Source of the DNA: Candidatus Heimdallarchaeota archaeon | Lineage (GTDB): Archaea > Asgardarchaeota > Heimdallarchaeia > Heimdallarchaeales > Heimdallarchaeaceae | Direction: 5' to 3' | DNA length: 43,848 bases | NCBI GenBank assembly: GCA_016840095.1 | Contig: JAEOSZ010000034.1 | Coordinates: 1 to 43,848, forward strand | Shown: piece after piece, positions 37,186 to 43,848 of the stretch | Layout: every line of letters begins with the position of its first letter | Numbering within the stretch: position 1 is the stretch's first letter | Translations under genes and position numbers: made by a program | The notes under the pieces: model-generated | Told to the model about the DNA's origin: nothing | Seen by the model: the letters and a program-made list of their open reading frames with translations, nothing else | Databases searched by the model: none

Positions 37186-37238
37186 ATCTGAACTATTCGA
37201 ATATTTGAACTTTTCGTATTATTCGAATTATTCGAATT
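37186..37238. repeat. Six tandem 8-9 bp units, consensus ATTCGAAYT (palindromic TTCGAA core)
   Basis: ATCTGAACT ATTCGAAT ATTTGAACT TTTCGTATT ATTCGAATT ATTCGAATT read directly. Confidence 0.75.
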
Positions 37239-37328
37239 GTCGGCAAAAATGAAAAACTAATAAGGAAACTATGTTTTTTCTCTGGTCAAAGAAAAAGGCT
37301 TATAGGTGTATGTAGATGTCTGAGGATA

Positions 37329-40300
37329 ATGAAGAGAGCAATCGATATTCCTAGGAAATCACGTAGACATATTTTCCAAAATTTCTTTGCTTTAACTAAG
37401 ACTTATCTCAGAACTCTTTCAGAAACAAAACTATCTGGAAAGAAGGATTATCAAATAGTCTTTGACATTCTCCTATGGTTATTTCTTCCAGTTTGTGTTG
37501 TAGTTATTCCAGTGACTGATGTTTTCCTCCTCTTCTTTTCTCCAGGTCTTCATCTTTTCAGACCACTCTTCAAAGCAGGATGGAAATATGCACTAATTTC
37601 TGCAATAGGAGTGACTCTTGCAGTATCTGTGATTACACAATATGTTTTCTTCATTTATTCATATCAATTTCAAGCGTTTGACCTGTATCTAGAAGCTGAA
37701 CCTCGAAGGTTTATTCAAGTTCAATTAGACGATATTTATATTGAGCCATCATATCATCAGTATAACAGTATTGACAATGTAGCTAGGTTTGCATTAGAAT
37801 TTATTGACATGTCTCATCGAGTTCCACAAAGAGACCTGTTTTTCAGATTTCCAACGTTTACGCAATCCTATGATCCGATAGATAATGTAACGTCTTTACC
37901 AAATATGCCTTTATATGGATCAGATATAAAGCTCAGATATTTTGTCGAAAATAATATTGCTGAAGGATATGCTGCTGAAAGTAATAATGAAGCAATAGCG
38001 TTGATGACCAGAGATTTCTATGACCATACTACAATACGAAATGGATCGATTATTTCAGTCTATGTTCCAATAGCTTTGGATAAGAGTGCATCTCTTCCTG
38101 TTCCATCAGCTCAAACAGAAGTTAATGTTACAGGTATTGTGTTTCTAGATGAGATTCCTATCTATAATGTAGTTGAATCATCTTTGGGAATATCTCTAGA
38201 ACATTTGTTAGGATTAGAAGATAATGCTGCTTTATTTTCCAGATGGATTCCTGCTGCTAACATCTTAAATGCTATTACAATTACTGGTGGTCAGGGAAGT
38301 GCATACGAAAACTTGTTTTATGATCTCTCTTTGATAGATTCATTTCAAATTGATCAAGAAATAAATATTCTCAAAACTATCGGCATTCAGATAAAGGAAT
38401 GGTATCAGACTCTTTCTGGAATAAATAATGCTAGAATTGTATCCTATCTAGTAGATTTAATGGAAAGTTTCAAAGATGAGTATGGATTATACCAAACTTT
38501 CATGTTTTCTTTCCTAGCTCCCATTATGGCTTTAACTATTATACTTACCATATACGCTGCGAATCTTGTTAGAAAGAAGAGAGATAGACAATTGACAATT
38601 TTAACCGAAAGAGGGAGTAACAGAAGAGAGATAGGAGCTTATCTTGCTTTAGAATCGCTAATAGTGGGTGGAGTAGCTTTAATTGCAGGTATTTTTCTAG
38701 GTACTCCGATTGCTAGTTTACTAACAAGAAGTTCAGGTTTTTTGAGATTTTCGAACTCCTCCTCTCCCTTACAAATTGAGCTTTCTTCAGTTGTTGTAGC
38801 TCTACTAGGAAGTATTGGAGCAATAATATTTATTCAACTGTTTAACACTGTAACACTCTTAAAAAAGAGAAATATAGAGGATTATGGCAAAGTAGAGAAA
38901 TCTCTTCCTCGCTTCTACAAATATTTTGTTGATATTATATTCTTAGTTATGGCAGGAACAGTTTGGATCGTATATCAATTACCAGTACTCTCACCTTACA
39001 AAAACGACACAGCAAGATACATAGGTATTCCTGCAACAATTTTAATGATTTTTGGGGTAATACTATTCTGTCAAAGATTTTTACCATTATTTTCAAGATT
39101 ATTGATTAAAGTTACTGCAAAACTTAAAATGGATATTTCATCTCTAAGCGTTAGAGAAATTGATAGGTATCAGAAAAGTTTCATTAGATCTTCAATAATC
39201 TTGAGTCTGTCTTTTTCACTAGTAGTAGCTTCCATTGTAGTACCTTTTACATATCAAAATTATAATCAGAATAGTGCATATTATGATCTCGGATCAGATA
39301 TCATGATAAGGGATTTTCCTGCTGATAACACTGCTTTGAAAGCAAGTGTAGAAAATATAACAAATGTTGAATCAATATCAATTGGTTATCTAGTTAACCT
39401 AGATAATGTTCAAGGTGATTTAGCTTTAACGTATTCAGTTTTACTTGTTGACCCAGTTAGTTACAATAAAACGGCATATTTTAGAGATGATTTTAGCAAA
39501 TTTGAGTTTATCAACCTGATGAACGATCTAAATACTTCTAATTACGAACGTCCATTATCTGTTCATGCACAAGAGGATGAGTTAGCTGCATATGATATTC
39601 CAACTCATGCAGACAAACCAATAACCTATAGAGCTTATAATGAAAGCATGCGTCCAATTTTAGGGACTCCTTACTGGAATGAGAACATTACTATTAGAAT
39701 TATGGACACATTCAAGTATTGGCCAGTTCTTGTAAATGAGATAGACACAACTAGTGTACGATCGCAGGTCTTTCATTTTGTTGCTCCTGTAAACTTCCTA
39801 AATTATGTTCAATTAGCTCCGTTTGAGTTAATCAGTTTTCTTTTTGTAAAAGTAGCTGATGGTGCAATTATTTCTGAAGTTGCAGATGAGATATCACAAT
39901 TAGGATTGGGCTTCATTTATGATGTTGATAGGGAAGTATTTGTTAGACCTGATAGTGCAAGATCATCTATTTTATACTCTGCAATAAATTCAACTTTATT
40001 AATGGCATTTACAATTAATGCAATAATTTTGGCATTATTTGCATCCATACAGTTAATCGATAAATCGAAAGAAATTGCTACTATGAAAGCAATTGGTATC
40101 TCTTCACGTCAGTTATTAAGATATTACCTCTCTGTGTATATTTCATTACTAGTATTCACAACTATAGTAGGATTAATTGTTGGTTATGTAGCTTCAACAA
40201 TGCTTATGGCAATTTTAGCCATTAATAGAACAATACCTCCTTATTTCATGGCTTTTCCAGCTGGACAAATAGCACTAGTGCTTTCAATTCTCTTTATAAC

Positions 40301-40379
40301 TGCTCTAGTTGGCGCAGCGATACCAACGATAAGTTCATCGAAACAAGAAATCGGAACTGAATTAAGACAATCTGCTTAG
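37329..40379 (+). CDS. FtsX/MacB-like ABC transporter permease (two repeats)
   Basis: RDRQLTILTERG...ESL, GSDI, KEIATMKAIG; two TM bundles with large extracytoplasmic domains. Confidence 0.9.
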   Translation: MKRAIDIPRKSRRHIFQNFFALTKTYLRTLSETKLSGKKDYQIVFDILLWLFLPVCVVVIPVTDVFLLFFSPGLHLFRPLFKAGWKYALISAIGVTLAVSVITQYVFFIYSYQFQAFDLYLEAEPRRFIQVQLDDIYIEPSYHQYNSIDNVARFALEFIDMSHRVPQRDLFFRFPTFTQSYDPIDNVTSLPNMPLYGSDIKLRYFVENNIAEGYAAESNNEAIALMTRDFYDHTTIRNGSIISVYVPIALDKSASLPVPSAQTEVNVTGIVFLDEIPIYNVVESSLGISLEHLLGLEDNAALFSRWIPAANILNAITITGGQGSAYENLFYDLSLIDSFQIDQEINILKTIGIQIKEWYQTLSGINNARIVSYLVDLMESFKDEYGLYQTFMFSFLAPIMALTIILTIYAANLVRKKRDRQLTILTERGSNRREIGAYLALESLIVGGVALIAGIFLGTPIASLLTRSSGFLRFSNSSSPLQIELSSVVVALLGSIGAIIFIQLFNTVTLLKKRNIEDYGKVEKSLPRFYKYFVDIIFLVMAGTVWIVYQLPVLSPYKNDTARYIGIPATILMIFGVILFCQRFLPLFSRLLIKVTAKLKMDISSLSVREIDRYQKSFIRSSIILSLSFSLVVASIVVPFTYQNYNQNSAYYDLGSDIMIRDFPADNTALKASVENITNVESISIGYLVNLDNVQGDLALTYSVLLVDPVSYNKTAYFRDDFSKFEFINLMNDLNTSNYERPLSVHAQEDELAAYDIPTHADKPITYRAYNESMRPILGTPYWNENITIRIMDTFKYWPVLVNEIDTTSVRSQVFHFVAPVNFLNYVQLAPFELISFLFVKVADGAIISEVADEISQLGLGFIYDVDREVFVRPDSARSSILYSAINSTLLMAFTINAIILALFASIQLIDKSKEIATMKAIGISSRQLLRYYLSVYISLLVFTTIVGLIVGYVASTMLMAILAINRTIPPYFMAFPAGQIALVLSILFITALVGAAIPTISSSKQEIGTELRQSA

Positions 40380-40387
40380 GTGATAAA

Positions 40388-41263
40388 ATGACGTTTATAG
40401 AAGTACGAGACTTGATAAAAATCTACTACACAAAGGAATACAATGTTAGGGTTCCTGCACTTAGAGGGATTGAACTAGAAATAAAAGAAGGAGAATTCAT
40501 TTCAATTATTGGTCCTTCAGGAAGTGGCAAGACTACACTTCTACTTGTTCTTGCTGGAATGGCAGAGCCTTCTGCAGGTTATCTTAGGGTAGGAGATGTT
40601 AGACTAGACCAATTAACTGATGATTCAAGAAGCCTGTATAGAAGATTCAAAGTTGGAACTTTATGGCAAATACCTAATAGGAACTTAATTTGGGAAATTA
40701 GTATTTTGGAAAATGTAGAAATTCCGATGAGATTACTCGGAGTTCCTCGAGAAAAAAGAATCAAGGATGCAAAAGAACTTCTCAGTGAAGTTGGGTTGAG
40801 TAAAAGGTATATGCATAAGCCAAGTCAACTTTCGGGGGGAGAAGTTCAGCGAGCCGGTTTAGCTTGTGCTCTTGCACATAATCCAATCCTTCTGCTTGCA
40901 GATGAACCTACCGGAGAACTTGATTCCAAAACCGCTGGAGAGCTTTTAAGATATTTCAAAGAACTTAATGAAACACATGGAATCACTGCAGTTATGGTTA
41001 CACATGATTTTGATGTAGCAAAGTCTACTGACAGGTTAATTCAGATTGTAGATGGAAGAATATCAGGATATTCTCCAACAGAGAAACTGAAGACTATTCG
41101 AGATATGCACCACGTTTATCTTGATCGTTATGGAGGAATTCAATTACCTAGGCATATCGTTGATAAACTAAAAGTACGAAGAGAGATTTTAATTGAAGAA
41201 GAAGATGGTAAAATCTTCATGCACCAAAATGATAAGAATAATATGAAAAAAGCAAAGAAATAA
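40388..41263 (+). CDS. ABC transporter ATP-binding protein (LolD/MacB type) with AbrB-like C-terminal extension
   Basis: GPSGSGKT, LSGGE, LLADEPTGELDS, VTHD; tail LDRYGGIQLP; AGGTGA SD. Confidence 0.93.
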   Translation: MTFIEVRDLIKIYYTKEYNVRVPALRGIELEIKEGEFISIIGPSGSGKTTLLLVLAGMAEPSAGYLRVGDVRLDQLTDDSRSLYRRFKVGTLWQIPNRNLIWEISILENVEIPMRLLGVPREKRIKDAKELLSEVGLSKRYMHKPSQLSGGEVQRAGLACALAHNPILLLADEPTGELDSKTAGELLRYFKELNETHGITAVMVTHDFDVAKSTDRLIQIVDGRISGYSPTEKLKTIRDMHHVYLDRYGGIQLPRHIVDKLKVRREILIEEEDGKIFMHQNDKNNMKKAKK

Positions 41264-41362
41264 AAAATGAGTGTGCAGTATTAGTTAATAACATCTCAAA
41301 TGAAGACTTTCAAATCAGAATTAAGCAACATTAAAATTCAGAGAACATAAAATGTGATGTAG

Positions 41363-41638
41363 ATGTCAGAAAGAACACAAGAAGTGGTTCAAAAACCTCC
41401 TCCAAGCAAGCAAAAACCTGATAGGCAGTTTGACTTAGTAGTCATAAAAATGATGGCAGCCCTTACAATAAGTGTTGCTTTGTTATTTGGGGGTGGAACA
41501 ATCTTTGTTTATGCTGCTGCTGGGAACATTGCAGTAGGTTCTTACGATTCAACAGTTGGAACAGTTTTAGGTATCCATTTGGCTTTACTAATGTTTTATT
41601 ATTCTGTCGCTCTTTTCAGATACATTATCAGTGATTAA
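41363..41638 (+). CDS. Small membrane protein (2 TM)
   Basis: Two hydrophobic segments; overlaps the start of the next ORF. Confidence 0.65.
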   Translation: MSERTQEVVQKPPPSKQKPDRQFDLVVIKMMAALTISVALLFGGGTIFVYAAAGNIAVGSYDSTVGTVLGIHLALLMFYYSVALFRYIISD

Positions 41639-42455
41639 AATGCGACTTCCATTTACAAAAGAAAAGAAGAAAAAAGAAGATACAGATTATTTGAGTCTTA
41701 CTCTAAAAGAAAAAGTAAGGTCAATACTTTTCTTCCTCCTGAAATGGGGTCTTCCGATTTTTGTATTTGAAACATTGATTTGGGTGATTTTGGAAATAGC
41801 AGTAGGTGGTTTCTTCTTTGAAACATCGGTATTGATGACTATGGGTGGATACTTCTATTCAAGTGGTCTTGTAGGTTTCAATGGAGGAGCTATTATTGAA
41901 AATACTCTTCTATATCTTCCTGCTGCATCATTGATAATAGGTGGGTGTATGGGAGGACTTAGCAGATATAACATACCCCCTAAACTGAGGATCATAGAAC
42001 CCGATGATCAAGCTGTTACTCCTGTCGATTTTCAGATTAGAATAAGGTATGATGATAAACGAGTAGATCCTAAGTCTATATCTGTTCAAATAAATGAAAA
42101 AGTTATTCCTAGTAAGATTAGTGAAGAAGATAGTGTCGTTTTCGTTTCAGGAATTTTCAAAACTCCTCCGAAAAAAGCTGTTTCTCTTTCTCTCACTACA
42201 AATGCTATTGATGAGAAAGGAAAAGAGATTAAGGATAAAATCAGAGTAATCTGTGATCCAGACGCAGATGAGGAAGATTATCTTGATTACTGGGAGTTCA
42301 AACGAGAAGATGAAACTTTCTGGGGAAAAGAGATGATTGCAGCAAACAAGCATGCAAAAAGAAGTTTGAATTCTATTAAACTAATTGTCATTGCTGTAGT
42401 TTTAATGCTATTTAGTTACATATTGAGCCTTGTAATCAGAGCTATTTCTACATAA
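41631..42455 (+). CDS. Membrane protein with a central Ig-like beta domain
   Basis: N-terminal TMs, PPKLRIIEP...VDPKSISVQIN beta pattern, C-terminal TM. Confidence 0.65.
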   Translation: MIKMRLPFTKEKKKKEDTDYLSLTLKEKVRSILFFLLKWGLPIFVFETLIWVILEIAVGGFFFETSVLMTMGGYFYSSGLVGFNGGAIIENTLLYLPAASLIIGGCMGGLSRYNIPPKLRIIEPDDQAVTPVDFQIRIRYDDKRVDPKSISVQINEKVIPSKISEEDSVVFVSGIFKTPPKKAVSLSLTTNAIDEKGKEIKDKIRVICDPDADEEDYLDYWEFKREDETFWGKEMIAANKHAKRSLNSIKLIVIAVVLMLFSYILSLVIRAIST

Positions 42456-42532
42456 TTCTGAAATTGTATTTTGCTTGATTGTGAACATTTTTAATAGTTT
42501 TTGTCCCATTAGATATAAAGAGGTCACCTTCT

Positions 42533-43848
42533 ATGAAAAGAACTTCAAAAAAGATTATTTACATTAGTGTTAGTTTGGTGTTTGTGTTTCTCTTAGGAAA
42601 TTCTTATACCACTTTAGGTATTAATTCTGAAATTAGCGAGAATCAAATAAATTATAGTGAGATTGCAAGTGATTTGTTCAGAAGTGATCCAACAAATCCT
42701 ACACAGGTTCTGAAATATACCTATCTTTCAAAGGAACTAGAAACTGTTTCTGAAACTCCAAAATTAGGTGTTCCAATTAAAGCGGATGTTTTAGATGAAG
42801 TCAGAGATTTTTGGATAATTAGTACTTTTGCATCTTATCCTTACACCTATGTAGAGCAATCCGCCAAGCTACTGGCAATAGGAACTAATTCTTATGTTTA
42901 CGTAACAAATAGCCTAATTTCTTCTGAAGGCTTATCAAATGCAAGATTAAAAGCAGAAGATTGGAGAGACGAATTTGAGGCAAACATTTATCCAAATGTT
43001 GTACTTTACTTTGGAAATCCTGATGGTATTCTAGGTGATATTGATGGTGATTCTCGAGTAACAATATTACTATCAGCATTAGACGGTGGAGTAGCAGGAT
43101 ACTTTGACCCTAATAATGAAGGTTCAAGTGGCACCTCCAACCAAAGAGAAATGGTTTATGTTGATTATCATACAACATATGGAGTTTTGGCTCACGAACT
43201 ACAACATTTAATCCATTTCAACTATGATTCAGATGAATTTTGGTGGATTGATGAAGGATGTTCAGAGTATACTAAGTACCTTAATGGTTATGATCTTGAT
43301 GGAAACAATCTAACATCTTTTGCACGAGATTATTTTGCATATAATATCGATGATTCATTATTATATTGGAATTATGAAAGTGTAGGTGGTAAGGATGTAC
43401 GAATTGATTATGGAGGAGCATATCTTTTCGTCTTTTACTTAGCTGAGAAATATGGAATAAGTGCAATAACTAATTTAGTAAGTGAATCAGCAGGTGGAGC
43501 TCCAAGTGTAGAAGCTGCTCTTTTATCTGTTGGTCATAGTATAGCATTTAATAATCTATTTTTGAACTGGGCAACAGCACTTTATGTGGATGATACTTCA
43601 TTTGGAGGAGGATTGTATGGTTTTGAAAACTTAGACATCTCAATGGATTATGAGTTTGTTAACACATTTCCAGCATCAAAAAGCAATAAATTGAACCGAT
43701 TCTATGGTCTTTATGTAGCCAAATTAGGAACTCCTCCTGACTATTTAATTTTTGAACCAACTGATCCATCTTCTGATTATCTAGGAATTTCTATAGCTGT
43801 TCATGATATGGATGGTTGGAATGTTTCTCAAAGCGTTCAGAATTCTAA
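42533..43848 (+). CDS. Secreted zinc metallopeptidase (M30/M6-like gluzincin), truncated by the window end
   Basis: Hand translation: MKRTSKKIIYISVSLVFVFLLG signal, DIDGDSRVTIL, GVAGYF, SNQREMVY, VLAHELQHLIH (HELQH at 43193-43207), WIDEGCSEY; no stop before the edge, so absent from the ORF track. Confidence 0.88.
   Translation, partial: MKRTSKKIIYISVSLVFVFLLGNSYTTLGINSEISENQINYSEIASDLFRSDPTNPTQVLKYTYLSKELETVSETPKLGVPIKADVLDEVRDFWIISTFASYPYTYVEQSAKLLAIGTNSYVYVTNSLISSEGLSNARLKAEDWRDEFEANIYPNVVLYFGNPDGILGDIDGDSRVTILLSALDGGVAGYFDPNNEGSSGTSNQREMVYVDYHTTYGVLAHELQHLIHFNYDSDEFWWIDEGCSEYTKYLNGYDLDGNNLTSFARDYFAYNIDDSLLYWNYESVGGKDVRIDYGGAYLFVFYLAEKYGISAITNLVSESAGGAPSVEAALLSVGHSIAFNNLFLNWATALYVDDTSFGGGLYGFENLDISMDYEFVNTFPASKSNKLNRFYGLYVAKLGTPPDYLIFEPTDPSSDYLGISIAVHDMDGWNVSQSVQNS

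Noticed and set aside
37186-37238. CRISPR array, canonical ORB origin or eukaryotic heat-shock element
   Set aside because: Units are 8-9 bp with no spacers and no cas genes; no ORB G-string; TTCGAA lacks the 2-nt spacer of nTTCnnGAAn

Overview
AT-rich (roughly 30% GC by eye), gene-dense archaeal chromosomal region. It is most consistent with an Asgard archaeon, probably Heimdallarchaeia-like; this is inferred from rps30e, rps8e, a TFE-beta/RPC34 homologue, an MglA-like GTPase, coiled-coil/wHTH proteins and AGGTGA ribosome-binding sites. Housekeeping content: translation and RNA-modification genes (rps30e, elp3, fibrillarin, nop5, rps8e, srp19, gar1, rlmE, trm1, rnhB), an HMG-CoA synthase/thiolase/DUF35 operon, grpE, a dephospho-CoA-kinase-like gene, MMPL and FtsX/MacB-type transporters, and secreted or membrane proteases. 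No rRNA, tRNA, CRISPR array or intact mobile element was seen. Most striking observations: (1) an unannotated ~75-nt structured RNA at 23532-23610 with the architecture of an archaeal box H/ACA guide and a pocket complementary to conserved 16S rRNA; (2) a thiolase in the mevalonate operon with all three catalytic motifs substituted; (3) a membrane-anchored subtilase with the domain plan of eukaryotic Site-1 protease; (4) a hyperacidic protein fused to an orphan serine-recombinase DNA-binding domain; (5) a cluster of MglA-like GTPase, nuclease, coiled-coil-wHTH protein and apparently inactive AAA+-wHTH protein, the last preceded by a tandem palindromic repeat array. All family assignments come from motif recognition by eye; no searches were run.
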